Positions 27,198 to 41,119 of a stretch of DNA of 64,000 nucleotides are shown in pieces. The translations under genes were made by a program, and so were the position numbers. Under the pieces are notes generated by a model. The model was not told the origin of the DNA, did not search any database, and worked only from the letters and a program-made list of their open reading frames with translations. Source of the stretch: an uncultured candidatus Porisulfidus sp. (GTDB taxonomy: Bacteria > Pseudomonadota > Gammaproteobacteria > Poriferisulfidales > Poriferisulfidaceae); NCBI GenBank assembly GCA_963668445.1, contig OY764335.1, forward strand, positions 216,270-280,269, given 5' to 3'. How positions within the stretch are numbered: position 1 is the first letter of the stretch; the number at the start of each line of letters is the position of its first letter.

Positions 27198-28343
27198 CTA
27201 TTCTTCCAGCATTTCCTCCACGCAGTCGGCCAGCCGGGCCATGCCGACGGCCGGTCCCAGCTTCTCTTCCACGACCTGCAGCCGTGTGCTCGCCTCTTTT
27301 AAAGGGCCGGGGTCGTCGAGCCATGGCGTCAGCGCCGCCGCGACGCGCTTCGGGGTGGCTTCATCCTGAATCAGTTCTTCGGCCAGCGGCGCATCGGCGA
27401 TGATGTTGGGCAGGCAGTAGCGATCCGTCTTTACCAGCAGGCGGGCGATGGCGTAGGTGGGCGCGGCCATGCGGTACATCATGCAGAACGGCACGTGCAT
27501 CAGGGCGAGCTGCAGCGTGATCGTGCCGGAGGCGGCCATCGCCATGTCGCAGACCTGCATCGCATCGTAGACGGGTTCCTGCATGCAGGCGACGGGAGCG
27601 TTGCCGGCCAGCCAGGGCGCGTAGTCCGATTCCTTCATGCCGGGCGCCATCAGCAGCGCGAACTGAGGACGGGACGGGTGCGCGCGCAGCCGTTCGACCG
27701 CACCCGCGCATACCGGCATGAGGCGTTCCAGTTCGCTGCGGCGCGAGCCCGGAAACAGTCCGACCACGGGCCGCCCGGTCTCCAGTCCCCAGCGCTCGCG
27801 CACGGCTTGCGCGTCCTGTTCCGGACGCGCCTGTCCGCACAAGGGGTGGCCGACGTAGCGCACCGGCACGCCGTGCTTGCGGTAGAACTCCTGCTCGAAC
27901 GGCAGGATGACGGCCATGCGGCCGACATGGCGGCGAATGGTGCGTACGCGCCGCGGGCGCCAGGCCCAAATTTGCGGGCTGATGAAGAACAGCGTGGGCA
28001 CGCCGCGCCGATGCGCATACCGCGCCAGTTGCATGTTGAATTCCTGATAGTCGATCAGGATCAGGAGGTCCGGGCGCCGGGTGCGTATCTGCCGCTTCAA
28101 TGCGGCGAGGGCCTGCCGGATTTCCCGGTAGTGGCGCAAGACCTCGATCAGGCCGACGACCGCAAGGCGGGTGGAATCGACATCGAGTTCGATGCCGGCT
28201 TGGCGCGAGGCTTCGCCGCCCATGCCGCAGAAAGTCCAGTCCGGATGCCGGGCGCGCAGTTCGTGGGCCAGTTGCGCGGCGTACTGGTCGCCCGAGGCTT
28301 CGCCGGCGACCAGCATCAGGCTGCGGATGTCAGGCGGCGGCAC
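27198..28343 (-). CDS. lpxB: Lipid-A-disaccharide synthase
   Basis: VAGEASGD, SPQIWAWR, ILPFE, VGHPL, PGSRRSE. Confidence 0.96.
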   Translation of the reverse strand: MPPPDIRSLMLVAGEASGDQYAAQLAHELRARHPDWTFCGMGGEASRQAGIELDVDSTRLAVVGLIEVLRHYREIRQALAALKRQIRTRRPDLLILIDYQEFNMQLARYAHRRGVPTLFFISPQIWAWRPRRVRTIRRHVGRMAVILPFEQEFYRKHGVPVRYVGHPLCGQARPEQDAQAVRERWGLETGRPVVGLFPGSRRSELERLMPVCAGAVERLRAHPSRPQFALLMAPGMKESDYAPWLAGNAPVACMQEPVYDAMQVCDMAMAASGTITLQLALMHVPFCMMYRMAAPTYAIARLLVKTDRYCLPNIIADAPLAEELIQDEATPKRVAAALTPWLDDPGPLKEASTRLQVVEEKLGPAVGMARLADCVEEMLEE

Positions 28344-29427
28344 GGGTGAGGCTGGCGGCGATGCGGTCGAGTTGCGCGTCTTCGAGTTCCGGGTACATCG
28401 GCAGGGACAGGCATTCGGCGCAAGCCTGCTCCGCGGCCGGCAAGGCGCCGTCCGGCGCCCAATGCGCGTAGGCGCTCTGGCGGTGCAGGGGAATCGGATA
28501 GTAGACGCGGCTGTCGATGCCGTCTTGGCCCAGCTGCTTCTGGAGCGCGTCGCGTTGCGGGCTTTGCACGGTGTATTGGTGCCACACATGGCCGGGCGCA
28601 TCGGCAGGCAGCTTCAGGCTCGGGAACGCTTGCAGCCGTTCGGCGTAGCGGCGGGCGACGTCTTGGCGTTGGCGGTTCCATGCGTCGATGTGCGGCAGTT
28701 TGACGCGGAGGATGGCGGCCTGCAATTCGTCCAGGCGGCTGTTGAGGCCCAAGGCTTCATGTCGGTACATCTGGCGGGAGCCGTGGTTGCGCAGCATGCG
28801 CAGCCGTTCGGCGAGTCCAGGATCTTGGGTTGCTACGGCGCCGCCGTCGCCGCAGGCGCCGAGGTTCTTGCTCGGAAAAAAGCTGAAGCAGCCGACCTCG
28901 CCGAGGCCGCCGGTCGCACGCCCGTCGCATCGGGCTCCGAAACTCTGAGCACAGTCTTCGATGACGGCCACGCCCGGGCCGAGCGCGGTGCGCAGTGCGG
29001 CGATGTCGAGAGGGCGGCCGAACAGGTGCACCGCGATGACAGCCTTGATCCTGCCGGTCTGCGCGCGCTGGCAGGCGGCGAGGTCGAGCAGGAACGAGTC
29101 CGGCTCAATGTCTGCGAAGACGGGCGTCGCGCCGGTGAGTGCGACCGCCTCGGCCGAGGCGGCGAACGTGAATGCAGGCACCAGCACGTCGTCGCCGGGG
29201 CCGATCTCCAGCGCCCGCAGGGCGAGGCATAGCGCGTCCGTGCCGGAAGCGCAGCTGACGACGTGCGCGCCATCGAGTTCCGCGCCCAATTCGGCTTCGA
29301 AGGCTTCGACTTCCGGACCCAGAACGTAGCGGCCGCTGCGCAGGACGCGCAGGGCGGCGGCTTCGAGGTCGGCCTGCAGGGCCGCATGCTGGGCGGACAG
29401 GTCGAGAATGGGGATGGGCGCGTTCAT
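28330..29427 (-). CDS. gnnB: DegT/DnrJ aminotransferase, probable GnnB
   Basis: SGTDAL, IEDCAQS, SFFPSKNLGACGDGG; between oxidoreductase and lpxB. Confidence 0.85.
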   Translation of the reverse strand: MNAPIPILDLSAQHAALQADLEAAALRVLRSGRYVLGPEVEAFEAELGAELDGAHVVSCASGTDALCLALRALEIGPGDDVLVPAFTFAASAEAVALTGATPVFADIEPDSFLLDLAACQRAQTGRIKAVIAVHLFGRPLDIAALRTALGPGVAVIEDCAQSFGARCDGRATGGLGEVGCFSFFPSKNLGACGDGGAVATQDPGLAERLRMLRNHGSRQMYRHEALGLNSRLDELQAAILRVKLPHIDAWNRQRQDVARRYAERLQAFPSLKLPADAPGHVWHQYTVQSPQRDALQKQLGQDGIDSRVYYPIPLHRQSAYAHWAPDGALPAAEQACAECLSLPMYPELEDAQLDRIAASLTRAAA

Positions 29428-30371
29428 GGGCCGGGGGTGTGTTGCATGCGCCGGTTGATTTCCAAGGCGGTGCGCAGGGCGCGCAGGCCGTCTTCGCCTC
29501 CGACCAGCGGCGGCTCGCCGGTGGCGATGCAGGTCAGGAAGTGCTCGATCTCGCCACGCAGCGAGTCGGTTTCCTGAAACGCTTCGGTCGTGTGCTCGAC
29601 GCGTTCTTCCGGAGCGGCGGCGCCGTCGCGCAGGCGGTACAGGTCCAGTTCGCGCTTGTGCAGATCCAGCGCGTAGCAGGAGCGGTGCTGGAACACGCGC
29701 ATGCGGCGTTCCTGACGGCGGCTCAGGCGGCTGGCGGTGACGTTGGCGACGCAGCCGCCGGGAAATTCCAGCCGGGCGTTGGCAATGTCGAGCGCGTCGC
29801 CGACCACGGCGGCGCCGCTGGCGCGGATCTCGCGGGGCTCCTCGCCGACCACGGTCAGCGTCAGATCGATGTCGTGGATCATCAGATCCAGCGTCACGTC
29901 GATTTCGCCGCTGCGCGGGTTCCAGGGCGCGAGGCGATGGACTTCGATGAACCGCGGTGCTTGCAGGCCCTGCATCAGGGCGCAGAAGGCGGCGTTGAAG
30001 CGTTCCAGCAGGCCGACTTGGAGGATGCGCCGGCGCATCCGGGCCAGTTCGATCAGTTCGGAGGCTTCTTCAATGGAGGTCGTGAACGGCTTTTCGACGA
30101 GCACGTGGCAGTCGGCAGTCAGGCAGGCGCGGGCGATCGCATGGTGCTGGCGGGTCGGCGCGACGATGCTGACGGCATCGGCCTGCGCGAGCAGGTCGCG
30201 GTAGTCGGCGAAGCCCGGCACCTCCAGTTCCGCGACGGCGGCCGCCAGATGTTCCGGGTTCGTGTCGGCGACGCCGATTAGTTCGCAGGCGTCCAGAGCC
30301 GCGTACTTCTGGGCATGGAAGCGGCCGAGGTAGCCGACCCCGATGACGGCGGCGCGAAGCGGAGAGGGCAT
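29424..30371 (-). CDS. gnnA: Gfo/Idh/MocA oxidoreductase, probable GnnA
   Basis: GVGYLGRFHAQKY, LVEKP, ERFN, DLMIHDID. Confidence 0.85.
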   Translation of the reverse strand: MPSPLRAAVIGVGYLGRFHAQKYAALDACELIGVADTNPEHLAAAVAELEVPGFADYRDLLAQADAVSIVAPTRQHHAIARACLTADCHVLVEKPFTTSIEEASELIELARMRRRILQVGLLERFNAAFCALMQGLQAPRFIEVHRLAPWNPRSGEIDVTLDLMIHDIDLTLTVVGEEPREIRASGAAVVGDALDIANARLEFPGGCVANVTASRLSRRQERRMRVFQHRSCYALDLHKRELDLYRLRDGAAAPEERVEHTTEAFQETDSLRGEIEHFLTCIATGEPPLVGGEDGLRALRTALEINRRMQHTPGP

Positions 30372-30546
30372 GGTCGGGGCAGGCAGGGAAGCGGCGGTGC
30401 TGGAAATTATAGGGGGCTCGGCCCGCGGCGGCGGCATGGCGTGCCGGCATGGCGGATGGGCGGGCGTTGCAGAGGGCGGGATTCATGCTTCGGTAAAATG
30501 CCGGACGAGCGTCCCCGCCCATGCTTCGACGAGTCTGCCTGCCGCC

Positions 30547-31170
30547 ATGCCTGTTCTGACGGAGTTGCTTCCGGTGCCGGCCGGCTTGGAGGATTTGGAA
30601 GGCGTGGCGGGCGTGGACGAAGCAGGGCGCGGGGCGTTGGCGGGGCCGGTGGCGGCGGCGGCGGTGCTGCTGCCGGCTGGTTGCCGGCCGGCCGGCCTGA
30701 CGGATTCCAAGCAGTTGACGCCGGCGCGGCGGGTGCAGCTGGCCGTGCAGATCCGGGCCTGCGCGCAGGCGTATGCGGTGGCTTTCGTGTCGGCGCCGGA
30801 GATTGACCGCATCAACATTCTGCAAGCCAGCCTGCAGGCGATGACGGAAGCGGTCGGCCGCTTGCCGGAGTCCGTCCGTCATGTGCTGGTGGACGGCAAC
30901 CGCTGCCCGGAGCTGCCGTATCCGGCGACGGCGATCGTGGGCGGCGATGCGCGGGTCGCGTGCATCAGTGCGGCTTCGGTGCTGGCCAAGGAGGCGCGCG
31001 ATGCCTGGATGCGCCATTGCGATGCGCAGGAGCCCTGCTATGGGTTCGCCCGGCACAAGGGCTATCCGGCGCCCGTGCATCTACGGGCGCTTCTGGAGTT
31101 CGGGCCCGGACGGCATCATCGCCGCAGCTACGCGCCGGTGCGGGCGGCGCTGGAGGCATGCGCGGCATGA
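30547..31170 (+). CDS. rnhB: Ribonuclease HII
   Basis: GVDEAGRGALAGPV, DSKQL, LVDGN, HKGYP. Confidence 0.96.
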   Translation: MPVLTELLPVPAGLEDLEGVAGVDEAGRGALAGPVAAAAVLLPAGCRPAGLTDSKQLTPARRVQLAVQIRACAQAYAVAFVSAPEIDRINILQASLQAMTEAVGRLPESVRHVLVDGNRCPELPYPATAIVGGDARVACISAASVLAKEARDAWMRHCDAQEPCYGFARHKGYPAPVHLRALLEFGPGRHHRRSYAPVRAALEACAA

Positions 31171-34100
31171 AGGATTTCGTCCATCTGCATTTGCATACCG
31201 AGTACTCGCTGGACGACGGGCTGCTGCGCATCGAGCCGCTGATGGCGCGGGCGGCGGAGCTTGGGATGCCGGCGGTGGCGCTGACCGATCGCGACAACCT
31301 GTTCGCCGCCGTCAAGTTCTATCGTGCGGCCTTGCGCTATGGGATCAAGCCGATTCTCGGCGCTGACGTCAGTCTGGAAGCACCTCGGGCCCGGGACAAG
31401 CCGGTGCGGGCGGTGCTGTTGTGCCAGAACGCGGAGGGCTATCAGAACCTGTGCTGCCTGCTAAGCGAGCGCTACCAAGCGGGCCGGGACTGCATCACGC
31501 GCCGGGAGCTGGCAGTGCGCAATGCGGGGCTGATCGTGCTGTCCGGGGGCATGTCGGGCGATTTGGGACAGGCGGTGCTTAAGGACAGCCGGCGTCTGGC
31601 CGAGACGGCGCTGGCGTACTGGATGGAGCATTTTCCGGGACGCTACTACATCGAAGCGACGCGCACCGACCGCGAGCACGAGGACGACTATCTGCATGTC
31701 GCGCTGGACCTGGTTGCCGCGCACGGCGTGCCGCTGGTGGCGACCAACGACGTGCGGTTCCTGTCGAGCCAGGACTTCGAGGCGCATGAGGTGCGGGTCT
31801 GCATCCGCAACAGCTGCCGCATCAACGACGCGGACCGGGTCCGCGAGTTCAGCAAGGAGCAGTATTTGCGCGATGCCGCCCAGATGCAGGAGGCGTTCGA
31901 GGGCCATCCCGAAGCAATCGAGAACACGGTGCGGTTGGCGCAGCGCTGCAATGTCCGTCTCGAACTGGGGCGCACGCTGCTGCCGGCCTATCCGACGCCC
32001 GAAGGCGAGCCGATGGACGATTATCTGGACCGGCTGGCTCGGGAGGGGTTGGCGCAGCGGCTCGAGCGGCTGCGCTCCGCCGGGCAGATGGCGGCGGAGG
32101 AGGGCGATTACCAGACACGGCTCGATGGCGAGTTGGATGTCATCCACAAGACCGGGTTCAGCGGCTATTTCGTAATCGTCGCGGACTTCGTGGCATGGGC
32201 GGTGCGCCACGACATTCCGGTCGGGCCGGGGCGCGGCTCGGGAGCCGGCTCGCTGGTGGCGTACGCGCTGGGCATCACCGGGCTGGACCCCTTGCGCTAC
32301 GACCTGCTGTTCGAGCGCTTCCTCAACCCCGAACGCGTCAGCATGCCGGACTTCGACATCGACTTCTGCTACCGGCAGCGCGACCGAGTGATCGAGTATG
32401 TGCGTGAGCGCTACGGCCGCGAGCGGGTGGCGCAGATCATCACTTACGGCTCGATGGCGGCCAAGGCGGTCATCCGCGATGTGGGGCGGGCTCTGGGGGC
32501 GCCGTACGGCTACTGCGACCGGCTGGCCCGCGCCGTGCCGCGGGAGCTGGACATCACGCTGGAGCGGGCGCAGAAGGAATCGGACGAGTTCCGGGAGATG
32601 GTGACCCATCCGGAGGACATGACGGGGGCGCATCTGTACGAAGTGGCGCTGCGGCTGGAAGGCGTGGCGCGCAATGTCGGGAGGCATGCGGCCGGCGTGG
32701 TGATTTCGCCCGGCGTCCTGACCGACTATTCGCCCTTGTACTACGATCCGCGCCTGTCCGAGATGGCGATCACGCAGTACGACAAGGACGACATCGAAGC
32801 GATCGGCCTGACCAAGTTCGACTTTCTGGCGCTGCGCACGCTGACCGTGCTGCATCAGTGCATGCGCATGGTCAATGCCCGGCGTGCGGAGCAGGGCGAA
32901 GCGGCGCTGGAGCTGGAGTCGCTGCCGCTGGGCGATGCGGCGACCTACCGGCTGCTGCAATCGGCGCGGACGACGGAAGTGTTTCAGTTGGAAAGCGCCG
33001 GCATGCGCGATCTGGTGCAGCGCATGCAGCCGGACTGCTTCGACGATCTGGTGGCGCTGGTGGCGCTGTACCGGCCGGGGCCGCTGAACTCGAAGATGGA
33101 CGAGGAATACATCCGCTGCAAGCGCGACCCGTCGCGGATCAATTACTTGCACCCGGATCTGGAGCCGATTCTGGCACCGACATTCGGCGTAATCCTGTAT
33201 CAGGAGCAGGTCATGCAGATCGCCCGCTCGCTGGCCGGCTATACGCTCGGCGAAACGGATTTGCTGCGCCGGGCCATGGGCAAGAAGAAGCCGGAAGAGA
33301 TGGCCCGGCACCGCCGAAGCTTTCAGGAGGCGGCGGTGCGCCACGGCCTGCAGGCGCATGACGCGAAGAGGATTTTCGACTTGATGCAGGAGTTCGCGGA
33401 GTACGGATTCAACAAGTCGCACTCCGTGGCGTATGCCTTGCTGGCATACCAGACCGCATGGCTGAAGGAGCATTACCCGGACGCGTTCATGGCGGCGGCG
33501 ATGACCAGCACGATGGGCGATACCGACAAGCTGGCGGAGTTGTGGCGGGAGGCGAATGCGTTGGGGCTGCAGGTGCTGGGCCCGGACGTCAACCTCTCGG
33601 ATCCGGATTTCGCGGTGCCGCAGGAGGGGCAGATTCGCTACGGCTTGGCGGCCATCAAGGGCGTCGGGCAAGGCTTTGCGCAGCGCTTGGCGGCGACACG
33701 CGGCGACGCGCCGTTCGCGAGTCTGGAGGCTTTGTGCCTGCGGCTGGACATGCGCGACATCAGCGAAAAGAATCTGCTGGCCCTCATCCATGCGGGGGCG
33801 TTGGATTCGCTGGGCCATTCCCGACAGGCCATGGCGCGCGCCGTGGATCAGACCCGCGGCGAAGCGCGTCGTCGGCAGCAGGATAAGGAGATCGGTCAGG
33901 AATCGCTGTTCGGACAGGCGCCCGAGGAGGAGGCCGCGCCGCCGCAGATGGCGGTTGGCGGGGAAGAGTATGCGAATGGCGAGCGCTTGGCTCTGGAGCG
34001 CCAAGCGCTGGGCTTCTATTTGAGCGGGCACCCGTTCGAAGCGTACCGGAGCATGGCGCAGCAGGTGGCGTCGAAGACGCTGGATCAATTGCATGCGCGG

Positions 34101-34643
34101 GTGCGCGATGCGGATCCGAAGTACGGCTTGAAGGAAGTGGTGGCCACGGCCGGCGTGGTGGCGAAGGTCACGCATTCCGGCACTCGGGATGTGGCGTTCG
34201 TCGAACTTGAGGACGAACGGGCGCGTTTGGATGTGGTGACGGACGACGTAAGCCGTGCCCGGGAGCTGGCGCCGGGAGAATTCCTGCTGGTGCACGGCGA
34301 ATTGCGGGTGCCGCCGCGGACGGCAGAGCGCAGCGAGCGCGTGCGGCTGCGGGCGAAGCGCCTGTACTCCCGCGACGAGATCGATCGGCGCTGGGCGCGC
34401 CAGCTGTTCATTGCTTTGAATGGAGACAGCGGCCCGGAGACGGCGTGTGCCATCCGGGAAGTGTTGGAGCGCCGCCGCGGCCGCTGCGGCGTGCAGGTCG
34501 AATGGACGGGACAGCACAGCTGCACCACTTGGGAGTTGGGAGCGGCCTGGAAGGTGGCGCCGAGCGCCGTGCTGTGCTTGGATCTGGAAAGCCTGCCCGG
34601 CGTGAAATCGGCGCAGATCAAGTATGGCCCGTCTGGGTTATGA
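31167..34643 (+). CDS. dnaE: DNA polymerase III alpha subunit
   Basis: [33 protein letters not shown]. Confidence 0.98.
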   Translation: MKDFVHLHLHTEYSLDDGLLRIEPLMARAAELGMPAVALTDRDNLFAAVKFYRAALRYGIKPILGADVSLEAPRARDKPVRAVLLCQNAEGYQNLCCLLSERYQAGRDCITRRELAVRNAGLIVLSGGMSGDLGQAVLKDSRRLAETALAYWMEHFPGRYYIEATRTDREHEDDYLHVALDLVAAHGVPLVATNDVRFLSSQDFEAHEVRVCIRNSCRINDADRVREFSKEQYLRDAAQMQEAFEGHPEAIENTVRLAQRCNVRLELGRTLLPAYPTPEGEPMDDYLDRLAREGLAQRLERLRSAGQMAAEEGDYQTRLDGELDVIHKTGFSGYFVIVADFVAWAVRHDIPVGPGRGSGAGSLVAYALGITGLDPLRYDLLFERFLNPERVSMPDFDIDFCYRQRDRVIEYVRERYGRERVAQIITYGSMAAKAVIRDVGRALGAPYGYCDRLARAVPRELDITLERAQKESDEFREMVTHPEDMTGAHLYEVALRLEGVARNVGRHAAGVVISPGVLTDYSPLYYDPRLSEMAITQYDKDDIEAIGLTKFDFLALRTLTVLHQCMRMVNARRAEQGEAALELESLPLGDAATYRLLQSARTTEVFQLESAGMRDLVQRMQPDCFDDLVALVALYRPGPLNSKMDEEYIRCKRDPSRINYLHPDLEPILAPTFGVILYQEQVMQIARSLAGYTLGETDLLRRAMGKKKPEEMARHRRSFQEAAVRHGLQAHDAKRIFDLMQEFAEYGFNKSHSVAYALLAYQTAWLKEHYPDAFMAAAMTSTMGDTDKLAELWREANALGLQVLGPDVNLSDPDFAVPQEGQIRYGLAAIKGVGQGFAQRLAATRGDAPFASLEALCLRLDMRDISEKNLLALIHAGALDSLGHSRQAMARAVDQTRGEARRRQQDKEIGQESLFGQAPEEEAAPPQMAVGGEEYANGERLALERQALGFYLSGHPFEAYRSMAQQVASKTLDQLHARVRDADPKYGLKEVVATAGVVAKVTHSGTRDVAFVELEDERARLDVVTDDVSRARELAPGEFLLVHGELRVPPRTAERSERVRLRAKRLYSRDEIDRRWARQLFIALNGDSGPETACAIREVLERRRGRCGVQVEWTGQHSCTTWELGAAWKVAPSAVLCLDLESLPGVKSAQIKYGPSGL

Positions 34644-34653
34644 TGCTTGTGCC

Positions 34654-35610
34654 ATGAATCCGGATTTTCTTGATTTCGAGCAGCCGATCGCCGAATTGGA
34701 GGCGAAGATTCGGGAACTGCAGCTGGTCGGGGCGGACCGCGACTTGGATCTGCATGCCGAAATTGAGCGGCTGCAAGGCCGCTGGCGCACTCTGGTCGAG
34801 GACATCTTTTCGAACCTGTCCGCTTGGCAGATTACGCAGCTGGCCCGGCATCCGCAGCGGCCGTACACGCTGGACTACCTGCCGCAGGTGTTTGATGAGT
34901 TCCACGAGCTGCATGGCGACCAGCTGTATGGGGACGATCCGGCGATCGTGGCGGGCATGGCGCGGTTGGAAGGGATGCCGGTGATGGTAATGGGCCATCA
35001 GAAGGGCCGCGACACGAAGGAGAAGGTGGAACGCAACTTCGGCATGCCACGACCTGAAGGCTACCGCAAGGCGCGGCGCCTGATGCGGATGGCGGAGCGT
35101 CTGGGAATGCCGATCATCACGCTGATCGATACGCCGGGGGCGTACCCGGGCATCGGCGCCGAGGAGCGCGGCCAGAGCGAGGCGATCGCCCGCAATCTGG
35201 AGGTCATGGCGGAACTGAAGACGCCGATCCTGAGCGTTGTCATCGGCGAGGGCGGTTCGGGCGGCGCACTGGCGATCGGCGTGTGCGATTGCCTGCTGCT
35301 GCTGCAGTACAGCATCTATTCGGTGATTTCCCCGGAGGGCTGCGCGTCCATTCTGTGGAAGAGCGCGGAGCGGGCGCAGGATGCAGCGGAGACATTGGGC
35401 CTGACTTCCGAACGGCTGCTGAAGCTGGAACTGATTGACGGCGTCATTGAGGAACCGCTGGGCGGAGCGCACCGCGAGCCGGCCACGATGGCTGCCGCGC
35501 TGAAGCAGGAACTGGCGCAGCGGCTGAGCAAGTTGGCGGCGATCGGCCCGGAGGCCTTGGTTGCGCGGCGGCAGGAGCGGCTGCTCGGCGTCGGCATGTT
35601 CCAGTCGTGA
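34654..35610 (+). CDS. accA: Acetyl-CoA carboxylase carboxyltransferase alpha
   Basis: [31 protein letters not shown]. Confidence 0.98.
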   Translation: MNPDFLDFEQPIAELEAKIRELQLVGADRDLDLHAEIERLQGRWRTLVEDIFSNLSAWQITQLARHPQRPYTLDYLPQVFDEFHELHGDQLYGDDPAIVAGMARLEGMPVMVMGHQKGRDTKEKVERNFGMPRPEGYRKARRLMRMAERLGMPIITLIDTPGAYPGIGAEERGQSEAIARNLEVMAELKTPILSVVIGEGGSGGALAIGVCDCLLLLQYSIYSVISPEGCASILWKSAERAQDAAETLGLTSERLLKLELIDGVIEEPLGGAHREPATMAAALKQELAQRLSKLAAIGPEALVARRQERLLGVGMFQS

Positions 35611-36878
35611 GTGCGTCCCGCACGGTGCCGGAGGCGCTGGCGGAGCTGCTGGCGGCCTGTCCGGACGCACGCGTCTGGCTGGTGGCGTACAGCGGCGGCA
35701 TGGATTCCACGGTCTTGCTGCATGCGGCGTACGCCTTGGGACGGACTTGCGGCCGCACGGTGCGTGCCGTGCATGTCAACCATGGCCTGCAGCCGGCGGC
35801 CGACGGCTTCGAGCGGCATTGCGTACAGGCATGCGCGGCATGGGGCATTCCGTTGGAGTGCGTACGCCGGGCGGTGGCGCTGGAGCCCGGACAGAGCCTT
35901 GAAGCGCAGGCGCGCCGGGTCCGCTATCAGGCCCTGCGCGCGCAGGCGCCGCCCGGGTCGGCGGTGCTTCTAGGCCACCATCTGGAGGATCAGGCGGAGA
36001 CGCTGCTGCTGCAGTTGCTGCGTGGCGCGGGCGTCGCCGGCACGGCCGGCATGCCATGGCGCCGGGACTGGGGGGAGTCGCAGCTGGTGCGGCCGCTGCT
36101 GGAAGTCGCCCGGGCGCAGATCGCCCGTTATGCGTACGAGCAGCGGCTTTCGTACATGGAAGACCCGAGCAATCGCGACGAGCGTCTGGAGCGCAATTAT
36201 CTGCGCCGTACGGCGTGGCCAGTGCTGCAGGCGCGCTGGCCGGGACTGTCGCAGACGCTGGCGCGGGCGGCGCGGCATCATGCGCATGCGATGCGGCTGC
36301 TGCGCGAGCGTGCCGAAGAAGATTCGGGCGAGGCGGCCGCCATGCCTGTGGCTTTGCTGGCGGGCTTGTCCGAGGATCGGCAGTTGAATGCGTTGCGCTA
36401 CTGGATTATGCGCCAAGGCTTTCCGCCGCCGGGCGAGCGGCGGTTGCGGAACTGGCTGCGCGTGGCGCTGGAGGCGGGAGAGGATCGGGTGCCCAGTGAT
36501 CGGTACGAAGCCTATGCGCTGTATCGGTGGCGCGGGCGGCTGCACTTGGTGCCGCGTCGCCTGGAGGCGCCGGCCGGGAATTGCTGGCCTTGGCGGCAGG
36601 GCGCGTCGCTGTCGCTTCCGGAACTGGGGCTGACGCTGGAGTGGGAGGCGCTGCAGGCGCAGTTGGCGGATCGGATCGAGACGGATGTGGAAGTGCGCTT
36701 GCGGGCGGGCGGAGAGCGCTGCCGGCCATGCGGCCGGCAGCATCGCCATCGGTTAAAGAAGCTGCTGCAGGAGGCGGGGGTTCCGCCGTGGCGCCGCGGT
36801 CGGATCCCGCTCATCTACCAGCACGCGCAGCTCCGGCTGGTGTGGGGGCATTTCGAGTGCGTGGCGCAGCCGCGTTGA
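35607..36878 (+). CDS. tilS: tRNA(Ile)-lysidine synthetase
   Basis: [28 protein letters not shown]. Confidence 0.96.
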   Translation: MSASRTVPEALAELLAACPDARVWLVAYSGGMDSTVLLHAAYALGRTCGRTVRAVHVNHGLQPAADGFERHCVQACAAWGIPLECVRRAVALEPGQSLEAQARRVRYQALRAQAPPGSAVLLGHHLEDQAETLLLQLLRGAGVAGTAGMPWRRDWGESQLVRPLLEVARAQIARYAYEQRLSYMEDPSNRDERLERNYLRRTAWPVLQARWPGLSQTLARAARHHAHAMRLLRERAEEDSGEAAAMPVALLAGLSEDRQLNALRYWIMRQGFPPPGERRLRNWLRVALEAGEDRVPSDRYEAYALYRWRGRLHLVPRRLEAPAGNCWPWRQGASLSLPELGLTLEWEALQAQLADRIETDVEVRLRAGGERCRPCGRQHRHRLKKLLQEAGVPPWRRGRIPLIYQHAQLRLVWGHFECVAQPR

Positions 36879-36884
36879 GTCCGG

Positions 36885-37067
36885 CTATTTGCTGGAGAGA
36901 TTGAACAGCGAATAGACCGGGCAATTGCCGGTCAGGCCGGTGACAATCGGAATCAGCCCGATCCATGCCCACCATGCCATGTCGAAATTGACTAGGCCGA
37001 CGTACAGGATCGCGGTGCCCGCGGCCACGCGGACCACCCGTTCCACGATATGGACATTAAGCGTCAT
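36885..37067 (-). CDS. DUF2892 (YgaP-like) small membrane protein
   Basis: NV..ERVVR, IGLIPIVTGL..CPVY; GGAGG RBS. Confidence 0.85.
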   Translation of the reverse strand: MTLNVHIVERVVRVAAGTAILYVGLVNFDMAWWAWIGLIPIVTGLTGNCPVYSLFNLSSK

Positions 37068-37227
37068 GATGTTGCCCTCCCTGTGATTGGCTTGAAGCCC
37101 CGGCGCGTCGGCCGAAACTTCAATGACTATGCCATTTTAGGCTATTCCGGGCCCTTATAAGTTCCCCGAGGAATCCTTCCGGAGGCTCCCTGCGGCACCG
37201 ATGTGCTATCCTGTAGCCCCGTCCTGA

Positions 37228-39686
<2,459 letters not shown>

Positions 39687-39699
39687 AGCGGCGGAGTGG

Positions 39700-41058
39700 C
39701 TACAGCAGCAGCGCGGTGCCGAGGCTGAGGAAGACCACGAAGCCGACCACGTCGGTGACGGTCGTCAGGACGACGCCGCCGGCTAGAGCCGGATCGATGC
39801 CGAGGCGCTGCAGGGTCGGCGGCAGCAGTACGCCGCTGAGCGCGGCGACCAGCAGATTGGCGATCAGCGCCATGGCGATGACGGCGCCGAGCATCCAGTT
39901 GCCGAACCACAGGCCGGCGGCCAGCGCGACCACGCCGCACCAGACGATGCTGTTGATGAGGCTGACGCCGACTTCCTTGAATAGCAGGGCGCGCCGGTTG
40001 TGCGCCCCGACCTGGCCGAGGGCGAGGCCGCGGATGACCAGTACCAGCGTCTGGCTGCCGGCGATGCCGCCCATGCTGGCGACGATCGGCATCAGCACCG
40101 CCAAGGCGACGACGCGTTCCAGCGTGTCTTGGAACAGCCCGATGGCGGCGGCGGCGGCGAAGGCAGTGGCCAGATTGACGCCGAGCCAGAGGGCGCGGCG
40201 GCGTGCCGCCGGCAGGACCGAGGCGAACAGGTCTTCGTCTTCGCTCAATCCGACGTAGCTGTTCAGGGTGTCGGCGCCTTCGTCGCGAATCACGTCCACG
40301 ATGTCGTCGACCGTCACGCGCCCCAGCAGTTGGCCGTCGTCGTCCACGACGGCCGCCGACACCAGATCGCGGTCTTCGAAGATGGCGGCGACATCGTGGT
40401 CGGGCATGTCGGCCGGGATCGGCTGCGGTTCGGCCTCCATCGCTTCGCCGACCAGCATGGCCGGTTCGCGCACGAACAGCTCGGCGAGCGGCAGCACGCC
40501 GCGGTAGCGTTCGAAGCGGTCGACCACCATGAGCGTATCGGTGTGGTCCGGAATGCTTCCGAGCCGGCGCAGATAGCGCAGCACCACCTCCAGCGTGACG
40601 TCGGCGCGAATGGTGATGACGTCGGTGTCCATCAGGCCGCCGGCGGTATCGGAGTCGTAGGTCAGCATTGTCTCCAGACGCCGGCGGTACTGATGGTCCA
40701 TGCCGCGGAGGATCTGCGCGCTGACCGTCTCCGGGAGGTCTTCGAGCAGGTCGGCGAGATCGTCGATGTCGAGGCCTTCGGAAGCCTTCACCAGAGCGTT
40801 TTCGTCCATCTCGTCGATTAGGGAGGCGCGCACTTCGTCGCCGACCTCCAGAAGTACATCGCCGTGGTGGGTTTGATCCAGCAGGTTCCAGACGATGAAG
40901 CGCTGGACCCGCGGCAGGGACTCCAGTAGTTGGGCGGCTTCCGCCGGATGCAGGGCGCGCAGCATCTGGCGTACCGGCTGCATGGTGCCGGTTTGCAGCG
41001 CATCGGCGAGCGCCTCGTATTGGGCGTTGGGCGCGCGCGCGGGGGTTTGGGCGGTCAT
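39700..41058 (-). CDS. mgtE: Magnesium transporter MgtE
   Basis: TAGGLM, CBS pair, MGGIAGSQT, DPALAG, TVTDVVG. Confidence 0.96.
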   Translation of the reverse strand: MTAQTPARAPNAQYEALADALQTGTMQPVRQMLRALHPAEAAQLLESLPRVQRFIVWNLLDQTHHGDVLLEVGDEVRASLIDEMDENALVKASEGLDIDDLADLLEDLPETVSAQILRGMDHQYRRRLETMLTYDSDTAGGLMDTDVITIRADVTLEVVLRYLRRLGSIPDHTDTLMVVDRFERYRGVLPLAELFVREPAMLVGEAMEAEPQPIPADMPDHDVAAIFEDRDLVSAAVVDDDGQLLGRVTVDDIVDVIRDEGADTLNSYVGLSEDEDLFASVLPAARRRALWLGVNLATAFAAAAAIGLFQDTLERVVALAVLMPIVASMGGIAGSQTLVLVIRGLALGQVGAHNRRALLFKEVGVSLINSIVWCGVVALAAGLWFGNWMLGAVIAMALIANLLVAALSGVLLPPTLQRLGIDPALAGGVVLTTVTDVVGFVVFLSLGTALLL

Positions 41059-41119
41059 GTCGGCAAGGTTGGCGGGCGCAAGTGTACGGACTTTGCTTGC
41101 AATGGCAAGCGGCGTTCGA

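Noticed and set aside
31461..34517. 1018-aa antisense ORF (also 17559-19580, 10512-12164, 25656-26942 and similar)
   Set aside because: Shadow frames opposite well-identified genes, expected from high-GC codon bias; no motifs
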